Positions 39,975-49,973 are shown, counted from the first letter of the stretch. The stretch is 64,000 bases of DNA from Nitrospirota bacterium (GCA_963699545.1 CAVOUE010000005.1:256001-320000), one strand, 5' to 3'. The notes: generated by a model from the sequence alone, not told the origin. Program-made: numbers and translations.

Positions 39975-40472
39975 TTATTTTTCCACCGGGAAGTTCTTTG
40001 TGCCTGCGTTCTGTATCGCCTGCTGCATTATGTTGGCGCCAAGGTAGCCTTTGATCCATGCCGAATGACCAAACTGCATGGTGCGCGCATCATATCCGAG
40101 CACTCTCAAGGCAACAATAGGGAGGTTCTGGGTCTGGCCGGTGACGCACACGAGGATGATCTTCTTGTCCTTCGGAAGCTTCTTGAGGTTTTCGGCCTTC
40201 AGAAGTTCACTGTAGGGGATATAGACCGCGCCCGGCATCTTGCCGCCCTGCTGTCCAGGGGGGGTCGGTCTCACATCCACGATAAGGAAATCCGTCTTCT
40301 TCGCCTTGATCCAGGCATCCACATCATCAGGCTTGACCTGCCAGTGTCCCTCCGCAGGCCCCTTCATCAGGACATCATTGAATTTTTTCACCCACTCGTC
40401 CGCTGCGTAGGCAGGCGCGACCAGCGACAACGCCAGGAACAGACCCATGACAGCAATAAAACCTTTTTTCAT
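39975..40472 (-). CDS. Periplasmic rhodanese-domain sulfurtransferase
   Basis: Signal peptide AYA; IVDVR, MPGAVYIP, active loop CVTGQT, GHSAW. Confidence 0.88.
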   Translation of the reverse strand: MKKGFIAVMGLFLALSLVAPAYAADEWVKKFNDVLMKGPAEGHWQVKPDDVDAWIKAKKTDFLIVDVRPTPPGQQGGKMPGAVYIPYSELLKAENLKKLPKDKKIILVCVTGQTQNLPIVALRVLGYDARTMQFGHSAWIKGYLGANIMQQAIQNAGTKNFPVEK

Positions 40473-40543
40473 CTCTTGCCCCTCCTCATATCAGATTCGA
40501 GATTAACCCTTCTATAAAGGGATGGAACCGGTTGCGCTCAGCG

Positions 40544-40714
40544 TTACCAGGAAATGACCCTGTCGCTGGAGAATATCTCGTCGATGATCGCCTCATATGA
40601 CATCTCTTTCCTGGACAGGTCTACCACCTTCACGTCGTTCTCCTTGGACTGTACTGCTGTGATCTTTGTGGATAATTCTGTCGGGCCGTCATTCAGTATA
40701 TGAAGAATCTTCAT
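40544..40714 (-). CDS. Small DsrH-like conserved hypothetical protein (56 aa)
   Basis: Manual translation MKILHILNDGPTELS...YEAIIDEIFSSDRVISW; AGGAGG RBS; below the ORF-track length cutoff. Confidence 0.75.
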   Translation of the reverse strand: MKILHILNDGPTELSTKITAVQSKENDVKVVDLSRKEMSYEAIIDEIFSSDRVISW

Positions 40715-40729
40715 TTCGTTCCTCCTTTC

Positions 40730-41032
40730 TTACAGGACGATCACCCTGTCGGCGTCGTGCATCATTACGGCGTTGTTATACTGGCTGCCGCAGACGACCT
40801 CCTGGGGAAGACCCTCGGTGGCAACACCCATATGTTTGGCGCTGTGGTCACAGAAACTCGTGCTCACGCCCTGCATCCCGCAGAGCATCCCGAACTCCGG
40901 GGTGCCGAGAAGCTTTGTGCCGTCATCCATATTGAACAGGACCACCTCGTGCCCCTTTGCAACGGCCGCTTTGACAAGGCCCACCACATCGGCGAGATGC
41001 CTGTTGGTATTCACAAAAATGCCGAGCTTCAT
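40730..41032 (-). CDS. DsrE family sulfur relay protein
   Basis: AVAKGHEVVLFNMDDGT, SFCDHSA conserved Cys, GSQY, ADRVIVL. Confidence 0.85.
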   Translation of the reverse strand: MKLGIFVNTNRHLADVVGLVKAAVAKGHEVVLFNMDDGTKLLGTPEFGMLCGMQGVSTSFCDHSAKHMGVATEGLPQEVVCGSQYNNAVMMHDADRVIVL

Positions 41033-41223
41033 AGAATTACCTCCTTTTTCGATCCTTTATGCAATAGCAGAGATTCACGACAGGAACCATTTCCGTGATA
41101 TATACCATACCCTGTCTGCCAAAGTAAAGCGGGAACCGGTCATAGCGGATAAGAAAATCTTATACACTCTTAAGCAGACAATACCGCCGGATGAACAGCC
41201 GTGCTGAGGGTGCAACAAGAGAA

Positions 41224-41679
41224 TTATTTCTGCTGTTTCTTTACCGTATCAAGGTATTTGATGAACACGTCCGGCTCCACGTTGTCAACAAAGCAGAGCC
41301 TCTTGCCGGAAGGGTCCTTGATGATGGTGCCGCCGGGTCCAAGAAAGAGAAGGAGGCAATCATTCTTGTAGTCGTACTGGTTGCCCAGTTTCTCCTCTTC
41401 AGCAGTGAGTTTCTTTGTGAGATCCACCCGGATAGGGATAAAATCGTCCATGATCTTCTTTGCTATGGCGGGATTTTTATACACTCCCTCCTCGAGCTTT
41501 TCACATCGAGGGCATCCCTTTCCAAAAAAGAAATCTACGATCATAGGCTTCTTTTCGGTCTTTGCCTTTTCCATCCCTTCCTGGAGGGAGAGCCATTTTA
41601 CCCCCGCCGCCCCGAAGGTCTGGGAAGATATGACCAGCACAGCAATGACCGCCAAAAAGACATATATTCTTTTGTTCAT
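41224..41679 (-). CDS. Periplasmic thioredoxin-fold protein
   Basis: Signal peptide; KKPMIVDFF..CPRC; FIPIRVD. Confidence 0.8.
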   Translation of the reverse strand: MNKRIYVFLAVIAVLVISSQTFGAAGVKWLSLQEGMEKAKTEKKPMIVDFFFGKGCPRCEKLEEGVYKNPAIAKKIMDDFIPIRVDLTKKLTAEEEKLGNQYDYKNDCLLLFLGPGGTIIKDPSGKRLCFVDNVEPDVFIKYLDTVKKQQK

Positions 41680-42692
41680 CGTTCTTTCCTCCTGAGAAAA
41701 TCACTGATGACCCCAGCGACCTCTTCTACTGTTATCATATCCATGCAGAGGGGACTTTTGCAAGACCTCTTATAGCAGGGAGAGCATGCCATTTCCTTCC
41801 GGATCACCGTATGCCCTCTTCCGTAAGGCCCTGTCCTTGCCGGGTTGGCAGGTCCGAACAGGGCAAAGACGGGAACATCGAGAGCAGCGGCAATATGCAT
41901 GGGACCGGTATCGTTGCTCACCATGAATCGGGCGTCCTTTATGACCGACGCCAACCCCTTCAGGTCCGTCCTGCCTGCCAGGGACAATGCCTTCCCCTTT
42001 GACACTCTGACCACCGCCTCCGCAAGGAGCCTGTCGCCCCTGCTGCCGACAACAACAGTTCTCAGGGGCAGCCGTGCAGCCAGTTCACCGAACCTCTCTG
42101 CCGACCAGCGGTTCACCGGCTTTCTCGCGCCCGGAGCCATCACCGCATACTCCCCGGGGACGAACAATCCTTCCTTCACCCCGTCGGCGAGCTGGGGAAG
42201 AGGGAACCGGACCCCGGATACATCGCATCCGAGATACGCCGCGATCTTCAGGTACCGGTCCACAGCGTGAACATCCTTGCCCCCGGCGACCCGGTGAGTG
42301 TAAAAAAGACTGCTGCCCTCTCTCGCCTCCTCAAAGCCTATGCGCATGGGCGCTCCGGTGGCCTTTGCGATAAGGCCGCTCCTGAAAAGCCCCTGGAGGT
42401 CAATGACGCAGTCAAAGCGCGCGGCCCTGAGACCCCTGAAAAGTGTGCGTAACTCTGCAACGGTGGAATAAACCCTTGTTATCTTCTTCCACTCATCCTT
42501 GCGAATGACCCATACTTTCTTGAGCATGGGGTGGCCGTCAAGGATCCCTTCCAGTCCTTTTGCAACGAGCCAGTGGATCTCCGAACCGGAGAAACACCGG
42601 TGGAGAGCATCAAGGACCGCAAGGCTGTGAACGATATCACCAAGGGAGCTTGGTTTTATGATGAGGATCTTTTTAGGAGCGAGCTTCGACAT
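41676..42692 (-). CDS. LPS heptosyltransferase (GT9, WaaC-like)
   Basis: IIKPSSLGDIVHS, IDLQGLFRS, SNDTGPMHIAAA. Confidence 0.88.
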   Translation of the reverse strand: MSKLAPKKILIIKPSSLGDIVHSLAVLDALHRCFSGSEIHWLVAKGLEGILDGHPMLKKVWVIRKDEWKKITRVYSTVAELRTLFRGLRAARFDCVIDLQGLFRSGLIAKATGAPMRIGFEEAREGSSLFYTHRVAGGKDVHAVDRYLKIAAYLGCDVSGVRFPLPQLADGVKEGLFVPGEYAVMAPGARKPVNRWSAERFGELAARLPLRTVVVGSRGDRLLAEAVVRVSKGKALSLAGRTDLKGLASVIKDARFMVSNDTGPMHIAAALDVPVFALFGPANPARTGPYGRGHTVIRKEMACSPCYKRSCKSPLCMDMITVEEVAGVISDFLRRKER

Positions 42693-44241
42693 CTCCGGTC
42701 CTTACAGCGTTCATTATGAGATCCACCGCCTCTTTCAATCCTTCCACCACATGATCCGCGTGGGCTGAATCCCTCTGCTGGCCTGTCTTCACAAACAGCG
42801 CCTTTGCCCCCACCGCCTTCGCCAGCATCATATCGGCGTCCTTGTCCCCTACGACATACGATCTCTTGAGGTCGATACCATGTTTATTGCGTGCGTCATG
42901 CAGCATCCCCGGCTCCGGTTTCCTGCAGGAGCAGTTATCCTCCGGAAGATGGGGGCAGTAAAAGAAATCATCGAACCCGTATCGTTCCACAAAGACATTG
43001 TTTATCTCCCGTGCAAACCCTTCCTCCACCAGCCCTCTCGCTATTCCTGACTGGTTTGTGACGCCGACGAGCCTGAACCCAAGGTCCTTCAGCGCAGCCA
43101 GGTCATCAATGCCGGGGAGAAGCCTGAAATCATCTCGTCTGCTGAGGTAATGCACATCCTCACAAAGGGTTCCGTCCCTGTCAAAAAAGACTGCAGGCAT
43201 GCCGGGCAAGAGTTGCTTTACCGCCAGATACACGTCGTCCGACAGAATATCATGCATGCACTGTATATAATCGTTCGTACAGCTGCGTTCAAAACACGGG
43301 CTGCAGGGGAGTTTCGGATGTATCACCCTATTGCCCTCTCCCACCGGACCGGTGAGGTCGGGAGAAGTGGAACCGAAGAGCGCCACCAGCGGCGTTCCCG
43401 CTGCGTATGCGATATGCATGGGTCCGGAATCATTCGAGAGAAAGACATCGCACTCCGAGATGAAGCCTATAAGCTCCCTCAGAGAGGTGGCGCCCGCCAG
43501 GTTCAGCAGCGTCCCCTCAGATCCATGAAAGCGCCCTTCAGAACGACGCTGCTCAATCGTGATCAGCCGTTCGATCTCCTGCGCGATAGCGCCCTCATTC
43601 GGTCCGCCGAACATCACCACGCTCCCTTTTGTATCTCGCATGAACCAGCACGCAACTTCTGCGAACCGCGCAGGAAGCCATCTCTTCGCAGAACCGTAGG
43701 CAGCGCCGGGGTTCATCCCGAGGACCGGCCTCCTTAACCCCTTTAAGCTGTCCCGTGCGGCAAGGCGTTCTTCGAGGGAGAGAAATATCCAGGGTTTCGA
43801 AAAGGCTGCAGATATCCCTGCTGCCTTCAGGAGGTTAAGGTAGTAATCGATGTGGTGGGCCTTCCTGTCGTTATTGTCATACGGGATCCGTTTCGTGAGA
43901 AATCTCCCCCTGCCGTCCCTGTCATACCCCACCCTTTCGGGGATACCCGAAAGATAGGAAATCAGCGCTGCGTCAAAGGCGTTTTGAAAGAGAAAAGCCG
44001 TGGAGAACCCCGCCTTCCTCAATCTGCCCGCAAGTTTCAGTTTCCCGGTGATCCCTTTTTCTTCATAGAGAATGACCTCGTCAACAAACGGGTTCTTATC
44101 GAAGATAGCTGCGACAGAAGGCCTGACGAGCAGGCTCAGGTGTGAGTCCGGATACGCCTTCTTCAGCGCCCTCAGCGCAGGCAGGGTCATCACGGCATCC
44201 CCGATCCAGTTCACGCCCCTCACGAGAATGTTTTCGTTCAT
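42673..44241 (-). CDS. waaF: LPS heptosyltransferase II fused to a GmhB-like HAD phosphatase
   Basis: NWIGDAVM, PGAAYGSAKRW, NDSGPMH; then FFDRDGT, TNQSG, CPH..CSCRKP, GDKDAD. Confidence 0.88.
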   Translation of the reverse strand: MNENILVRGVNWIGDAVMTLPALRALKKAYPDSHLSLLVRPSVAAIFDKNPFVDEVILYEEKGITGKLKLAGRLRKAGFSTAFLFQNAFDAALISYLSGIPERVGYDRDGRGRFLTKRIPYDNNDRKAHHIDYYLNLLKAAGISAAFSKPWIFLSLEERLAARDSLKGLRRPVLGMNPGAAYGSAKRWLPARFAEVACWFMRDTKGSVVMFGGPNEGAIAQEIERLITIEQRRSEGRFHGSEGTLLNLAGATSLRELIGFISECDVFLSNDSGPMHIAYAAGTPLVALFGSTSPDLTGPVGEGNRVIHPKLPCSPCFERSCTNDYIQCMHDILSDDVYLAVKQLLPGMPAVFFDRDGTLCEDVHYLSRRDDFRLLPGIDDLAALKDLGFRLVGVTNQSGIARGLVEEGFAREINNVFVERYGFDDFFYCPHLPEDNCSCRKPEPGMLHDARNKHGIDLKRSYVVGDKDADMMLAKAVGAKALFVKTGQQRDSAHADHVVEGLKEAVDLIMNAVRTGDVEARS

Positions 44242-44327
44242 CGTTTAATTTACCATAAAGAGAAAGCCAGATGGTTTAATCGTTCGTGATCGGGCAGCCG
44301 GTCCGGCAGAAGAGTGACGAGGGCGTA

Positions 44328-44609
44328 TTATCGGTAGCTGTCCTTACGGGAATCGACAGCCAGCATATATACAATGCGCTCTCTTTCGTCGATTTCATAA
44401 AAGAACCGATACCTGTCGATTCTGTATCGCCACGTGTCAGGCTCGTAGTGCTTCAGTTTCTTAATGTTTTTCCCAAAGAAAGGGTTCATCCTGAGTTGAG
44501 GATAGACATATTCTGAAAGTTTCTTCCTGATCCGTACCCCTCGCCCCTCGAAATCCCTGGTCAGGTCTTCAATGAACTGCTCGGTCTCAAAGATCCTGAA
44601 TTTAACCAA
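44328..44609 (-). CDS. RelE/ParE family toxin
   Basis: NIKKLKHYEPDTWRYRIDRYRFFYEID...VDSRKDSY. Confidence 0.85.
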   Translation of the reverse strand: MVKFRIFETEQFIEDLTRDFEGRGVRIRKKLSEYVYPQLRMNPFFGKNIKKLKHYEPDTWRYRIDRYRFFYEIDERERIVYMLAVDSRKDSYR

Positions 44610-44850
44610 CCATCCGTCCCTTCTTCAATGTGGCGTGACTATGGCCCCGTTCGAGTTTCTTGAGCAACCGGGTATTCGAAAATATTTCCTCCATTTCAAA
44701 ATCACCGGCCAGCGTTTCTTCATCGAGCTTCTTCAAGGCAAGCGTTTCTATCAGGTTCGCGACGCTCCGGTTGTCTTCAGCCGCCGCTTGATTGAGTTTC
44801 TCATACGTCCTGTCACTCAGCCGCAATGTTATGGTTTTTGGCATTTGCAT
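44602..44850 (-). CDS. Ribbon-helix-helix (CopG-like) antitoxin
   Basis: KTITLRLSDRTYEKL..AAEDNRSVANLIE; overlaps the toxin start. Confidence 0.82.
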   Translation of the reverse strand: MQMPKTITLRLSDRTYEKLNQAAAEDNRSVANLIETLALKKLDEETLAGDFEMEEIFSNTRLLKKLERGHSHATLKKGRMVG

Positions 44851-44990
44851 TCACCTTCTTTCTTTTTACTTCAGTGTTATTCTAATTCATTCCATCCGGA
44901 TTTTCAAGTCATTATAGGTCTTTTGACAGGTTTCACCGACATGACAGGTATGGCGAAATGAAACAAATGCGGGTTTCCGAAAAAAGTCTG

Positions 44991-45081
44991 GCTTAACGCT
45001 TGCCTTAACCAGCGCGGGCGACCAGCAAAAATGAAAAAAGGAGCAGGCTTATTCCGCGTCTGGTTGAAGGCGTTGTTCGAC
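44991..45081 (-). repeat. Complete attC integron recombination site (91 bp)
   Basis: R'' GTCGAAC immediately after the stop codon and R' GTTAAGC; arms CCTTAACCAGCGCGG / CCGCG-T-CTGGTT-G-AAGG with extrahelical T and G on the bottom strand. Confidence 0.82.
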
Positions 45082-46205
45082 TCAGTTTTTATTGAATTCC
45101 TTTAATTGCCTGTATTGTTCGTGCGTTAAATTTCTGTATGGCGATCTTTCTTTGGAGAAATTACCAAATCCATCCAGTCCTTGTATAGCGTCAATGGTGA
45201 TAGGTTTTTTCATAATCACCATTGTGTCAGGCGCAAAGTAATTACTCCAAGGATAATTAGGCTCTTCATTAGTTCGTTCGACTCTCTCAATTTCAACTTC
45301 AATAGTAATCGCCTTTAGGTTCTTGTCATACAATAATAATTTTCTGCCAGTTCCATCGAGGTTTTTATATTCGCGCGGTGTATTCCACCGTGTCCATAAT
45401 CCTCTCCTCATCTCATCAATGTATTTGTCATGGTATACCTCTGATTTGTTGCCGAAAGCGACTTTTGAGATAATTCCAACGATATCCTGTTCAAAAATTG
45501 AGTCTCTAATGAGGTCTAAATATTGCTCAATAATTGATTTAAAAACTCCATGTTTGTCGCTAATGTACTGTCTCAAATAATCATAAACCTTCTTCCATTC
45601 CAAGTGGCGTATAATTTTGCCATTAATCTGCAAAAACTTATGGATATAACTGCTATTTGAATCATCCGGCGTCAACAAGACCAGCACCTGCTGTTTATGA
45701 GCATCGTCAGCAAATACTTCCAAATGTTTATTGATTTGATCATCCCTCAATGTAGCTGAAACAATTTTTGTCTCAAATTGAATGGATGACAACTTTCCAA
45801 TAAGTTTTGCATCAGCCGTACTCTTGGTTTCATATCCCTCTAATACTTGAAAGTATTCATAATCATCAGGCGTATCTAACCCAAGCAAGCGATTCAAGAA
45901 ATGATTCACGAAATTAGCGTCATGAATATTGCCGAGGCTTAGAATTGAAATTAGGCCATTTGTAAAATGGTTTTCTTTTTGGCTATAGCTACTAAAAATA
46001 TTCACCGTTTTATTTGTCTTTATCATTTTTGCCTTATTTTATTTATGGCTGTCGAACCAGTTATTAGATAGTTTCTCGATAACTCCGGAATTTTCCAGTC
46101 TCCGCAATCTGCCACAGACATCACTCCCGGAATAACTGATTGTTTTATTGTGTCATTGTGATTGGCTAATATTACTTTTGTGATGTTATCGAGTTTTCTG
46201 TCTAA
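44997..46205 (-). mobile_element. Solitary integron gene cassette
   Basis: Begins G|TTAGAC (46206-46200), which is complementary at 6/7 positions to its R'' GTCGAAC; AT-rich gene; ends in attC; no intI in the window. Confidence 0.72.
45082..46026 (-). CDS. Putative PD-(D/E)XK nuclease-domain protein (cassette cargo)
   Basis: ENHFT...ADAKL...QFETK...DDQINKHL pattern; markedly AT-rich. Confidence 0.6.
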   Translation of the reverse strand: MIKTNKTVNIFSSYSQKENHFTNGLISILSLGNIHDANFVNHFLNRLLGLDTPDDYEYFQVLEGYETKSTADAKLIGKLSSIQFETKIVSATLRDDQINKHLEVFADDAHKQQVLVLLTPDDSNSSYIHKFLQINGKIIRHLEWKKVYDYLRQYISDKHGVFKSIIEQYLDLIRDSIFEQDIVGIISKVAFGNKSEVYHDKYIDEMRRGLWTRWNTPREYKNLDGTGRKLLLYDKNLKAITIEVEIERVERTNEEPNYPWSNYFAPDTMVIMKKPITIDAIQGLDGFGNFSKERSPYRNLTHEQYRQLKEFNKN

Positions 46206-46401
46206 CACGCAACCCCCCGGTGGCAAGTTTGTTATACCCCACCAGAAGTGTCCGAGTCAAGAGCGGAGAGCCCGTTGATTTCCAGTCGTAAGCCATGGCA
46301 AATGACAAGCTGCAGGAAAGCAAGATTCCAGGAAGCACATCGCCCTGCATGTTTTGAGGTGAAGCCGGTTCTTTCCCTGGCACGGTGCACTCCGTCATAT
46401 C

Positions 46402-47076
46402 TTACGCCCTTTCATCATAATGCACGATCCACGGACTGTATCCCTCTTCGGCCATCGCCTTCGCGCGGACAAAGGCCTCCTCCTTGCCCTGGAATTTCCC
46501 TATCCTGACCCGATAGTAAACGGTACTGTTCACGGATGCTTCGACGATATACACATCTCTGTGTTTCAGATCCAGTCCTGACTTCAGACGGAGGGCATTC
46601 TCCCTCTCCCGGAAAGCGCCCACTTGAATGGTATAGGGACCGCCCGATGCCGAATACTTCACTTCCTTTCTATATCCCGAATCGCGGCCGACATAAGAGA
46701 TCCTGACGGCAGCGGTGCCCGGACCGATAAGGCCGATCTCCCTCGCAGCAGCATACGACAGGTCGATATCCCTCCCGGAAACAAGGGGACCCCTGTCGTT
46801 CACTACGCACCGCACTGTCTTTCCATTGGAGGTATTCGTCACCTGGAGCAGCGTGCCGAAGGGAAGCTCTCTGTGGGCGCAGGTGAGACCGTACATGTCG
46901 AATTTTTCTCCCGATGCCGTCGGTCTTCCGTGAAATTCGGCGCCGTACCACGAGGCGACAGCAGTGCGAGGGTCATCATAGGTTTCGAAGCGGGAAGACG
47001 CACAGGATACCAAAGAGATAACAGTGACAAGCAACAAGCAACGAGTAACAAGTGATAGTGGATAGAGCCTGTCCAT
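46402..47076 (-). CDS. rlpA: Septal ring lytic transglycosylase RlpA with SPOR domain
   Basis: Lipobox LVSC; ASWYG..FHGRPTASGE, NDRGP, IDLSYAAA; IQVGAF SPOR domain. Confidence 0.92.
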   Translation of the reverse strand: MDRLYPLSLVTRCLLLVTVISLVSCASSRFETYDDPRTAVASWYGAEFHGRPTASGEKFDMYGLTCAHRELPFGTLLQVTNTSNGKTVRCVVNDRGPLVSGRDIDLSYAAAREIGLIGPGTAAVRISYVGRDSGYRKEVKYSASGGPYTIQVGAFRERENALRLKSGLDLKHRDVYIVEASVNSTVYYRVRIGKFQGKEEAFVRAKAMAEEGYSPWIVHYDERA

Positions 47077-47147
47077 AAAATCGTTATAGTCAGGCAAGAT
47101 GCCCGGCTTACAAATTACCACTAAATGCAATCGATACTATTTACTAC

Positions 47148-48482
47148 TTACAGGATATATCTGCTGAGGTCTTCGTCTTTCACGATTTCCGAGAGCTGCG
47201 CACGGACATACTGTCTGTCGATGACCAGTTCACCGTCTTTCCTCTCCGGGGCCTCAAAGGACACATCCTCAAGGAGCTTCTCGAGCACCGTATGGAGCCT
47301 CCGCGCTCCGATGTTCTCGGTCTTCTCATTGACCAGCGCCGCGATATCCGCTATCTCATCAATGGCATCGTCGGTGAACTCAATCTTCATATCCTCGGTT
47401 GCCAGCAACGCGATATACTGCTTTGTGAGGGCATTGTTCGGTTCCTTAAGGATGCGTATGAACTCATCCTTGCCCAGATGCTCCAGTTCCACTCGTATGG
47501 GAAATCTTCCCTGCAGCTCCGGAATGAGGTCCGAAGGCTTTGTCATATGAAACGCGCCCGCCGCAATAAAAAGGATGTGGTCGGTGTGGACAGGGCCGTG
47601 CTTCGTCGTCACGGTGGAGCCTTCCACTATGGGCAGGAGGTCCCTCTGCACCCCTTCCCGCGATACGTCAGGACCGTAGCTTGACCCCTTGCTGGCGATC
47701 TTGTCGATCTCATCAAGAAAGACGATCCCTGCCTGTTCCACTCTCCCGATCGCTTCCCTGGTCACCCTGTCCATGTCGATAAGTTTGCCCGCCTCCTCCT
47801 GGACAAGCATGACCAACGCCTCCGGCACCCTGACCTTCTTCCTCTTCTGTTTCTCGGGAAGAAAGTTGCCGAGCATCTCTTTCAGATTGATCTCCAGGTC
47901 TTCAAGCCCGACATTGGACACGACGCCGAAGGGCATCGCCCTTTCCTTCACCTCGATGTCAACGTACCGGGAATCGAGCTTGCCCTCGCGGAGTTGCTGC
48001 CTCAGCCGTTCTCTCGTCTGGCGGTGTTTCTCCTTCTCCTCTTCAATATCGACCCCCCTAGCAGACCGGGGGGGAAGAAGGTAATCGAGCAGCCTTTCTT
48101 CGGCCAGGGCCCTTGCCCTTTCCTGGACCTTTTCCATATGCTCGGTCTTGACCATGTTCAGCGACAGTTCCGTGAGGTCCCTGATCATGGACTCAACGTC
48201 ACGGCCCACATATCCCACTTCGGTGAACTTTGACGCCTCGATCTTCAGGAAAGGCGCATTGGCAAGCCGTGCAAGTCTCCTGGCGATCTCGGTCTTACCG
48301 ACACCGGTGGGTCCTATCATGATGATATTTTTTGGAAGCACTTCATCCCTGATGTCGGCGGAGAGCCGCTGCCTCCTCCACCGGTTCCGTAACGCGACGG
48401 CGACCGCCTTCTTGGCCTTATGCTGGCCTATGATATAACGGTCCAGCTCTTCCACTATCCTCTTCGGTGTAAGATTATCCAT
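47148..48482 (-). CDS. hslU: ATP-dependent protease ATPase subunit HslU
   Basis: [36 protein letters not shown]. Confidence 0.98.
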   Translation of the reverse strand: MDNLTPKRIVEELDRYIIGQHKAKKAVAVALRNRWRRQRLSADIRDEVLPKNIIMIGPTGVGKTEIARRLARLANAPFLKIEASKFTEVGYVGRDVESMIRDLTELSLNMVKTEHMEKVQERARALAEERLLDYLLPPRSARGVDIEEEKEKHRQTRERLRQQLREGKLDSRYVDIEVKERAMPFGVVSNVGLEDLEINLKEMLGNFLPEKQKRKKVRVPEALVMLVQEEAGKLIDMDRVTREAIGRVEQAGIVFLDEIDKIASKGSSYGPDVSREGVQRDLLPIVEGSTVTTKHGPVHTDHILFIAAGAFHMTKPSDLIPELQGRFPIRVELEHLGKDEFIRILKEPNNALTKQYIALLATEDMKIEFTDDAIDEIADIAALVNEKTENIGARRLHTVLEKLLEDVSFEAPERKDGELVIDRQYVRAQLSEIVKDEDLSRYIL

Positions 48483-49008
48483 GCAACTCCTCTACCGTGA
48501 TCACGCTGTTGGTATAGATGCAAATGGATGCAGCGATCTGCATCGCCCTGTCAACGATCTCCTTCGCCGACAGGGGGGTGTTCTCATACAACGCTGTCGC
48601 GGCTGCCTGCGCAAAAGGTCCTCCTGAACCGATCGCCGCAACGCCGCTTTCCGGCTCTATTACATCCCCGTTGCCGGAGATGATGAACGTATGTTCCGTA
48701 TCGGCGATGATCAGGAGCGCCTCGAGCCTGCGGAGCACCTTGTCCGTCCTCCAGTCCTTTGCAAGCTCCACCGCCGCCCTCGTAATATTGCCCCTGTACG
48801 ATTCGATCTTCGCCTCGAATTTCTCAAAAAGGGTAAAGGCGTCCGCAGTCGCGCCGGAGAATCCTGCGACGATCTTGTCGTTATACATCCTCCGGATCTT
48901 CTTCGCATTGTGCTTCAGCACGGTAGTGCCGAACGTGACCTGACCGTCTCCGCCTATCGCTACCTTCCCGTCCCTTCTGACACAGAGTATCGTCGTCCCT
49001 TTAAACAT
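48475..49008 (-). CDS. hslV: ATP-dependent protease peptidase subunit HslV
   Basis: [27 protein letters not shown]. Confidence 0.97.
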   Translation of the reverse strand: MFKGTTILCVRRDGKVAIGGDGQVTFGTTVLKHNAKKIRRMYNDKIVAGFSGATADAFTLFEKFEAKIESYRGNITRAAVELAKDWRTDKVLRRLEALLIIADTEHTFIISGNGDVIEPESGVAAIGSGGPFAQAAATALYENTPLSAKEIVDRAMQIAASICIYTNSVITVEELHG

Positions 49009-49080
49009 CTCCGGGCATCCTCCTTCTTCCACTCCGGATTAATGAGGTCGGCCACGTATCCCGTCTCACCTCGCTCCCTG

Positions 49081-49973
49081 TCATTCTTCTCCCTCTTTCG
49101 ACAGGGGGTGCGCCTTATCATACACATCCATCAGATGAGTGATATCAAGATGGGTGTATCTCTGGGTTGTTGAAAGGGATGAATGACCAAGCAGTTCCTG
49201 GATCACCCTCAGGTCCGCGCCGCCCTGGAGCAGGTGGGTCGCAAAGGTATGCCTGAGGGTATGGGGCCCTATCCTGCTGTCAAGCAAAACCGCCCTCGCA
49301 TACTTTACTACTATACGTCTTACCCCCCTGTCTGTCAACCGTGTTCCGCTCCGGTTCAGGAAAAGGGCCCGGTCCTTTTTCTTCAGAAGAACTCTCTCGA
49401 TCGTATAGGTCTTCAGGGCCTCCACCGCTTTTTTTCCCATGGGAACGATCCGTCTCCTTCTTTCCCTTTCCCCCTCACCTTCACAAAACCCTCCCTTACA
49501 TTCAGGTCATCGCTGTTCAGACCCGCCAGTTCGCTCACCCTGAGACCGCTGGAATAGAGCAGTTCAAGGATCGCCCTGTCCCTTGCAGGGGAAAACCCTA
49601 TCCCTTCGGGCTTCTCGATAAGTGAGAAGACGTCATCAACGGTGAGGAATTTCGGGAGGAGCTTCGGCAGTTTCGGCGTATTCACCAGCTTTGCGGGATT
49701 CGATTTGATATAGCCTTCCCTCACGAGGAACCTGAAGAAGGACCTGATGCTCGCCAGTCTCCTGCCCGCCGTGCTCTTCTTCAGTCCGTCATTTATCTGC
49801 CCGGCAACGAACCCTCTCACGTCCAGCATCTCGATGTCCTCCGGGCGGGACTTTGTGTATGCAAAGAAGGCGTCTATGTCTTTCCCGTATGACCTGATCG
49901 TATGCTCCGACGCACCACGCTCTGTGGAAAGATATCTCAGGAACTCGTCCCTGTAAGCCGTATAGTCCTTCAC
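49081..49973 (-). CDS. xerC: Tyrosine recombinase XerC (frameshift near 49460, likely an assembly error)
   Basis: [16 protein letters not shown] in one frame; [27 protein letters not shown] in another; trmFO-xerC-hslVU synteny. Confidence 0.88.

Noticed and set aside
44328-44990. RelE-type TA pair as a second cassette in an array
   Set aside because: It follows the attC, but no R'' core or paired arms are visible after the toxin stop
49081-49973. Tyrosine recombinase as the integron integrase for the nearby cassette
   Set aside because: It has XerC-like motifs, lacks the IntI-specific insertion before HTLRH, and lies in the conserved trmFO-xerC-hslVU block
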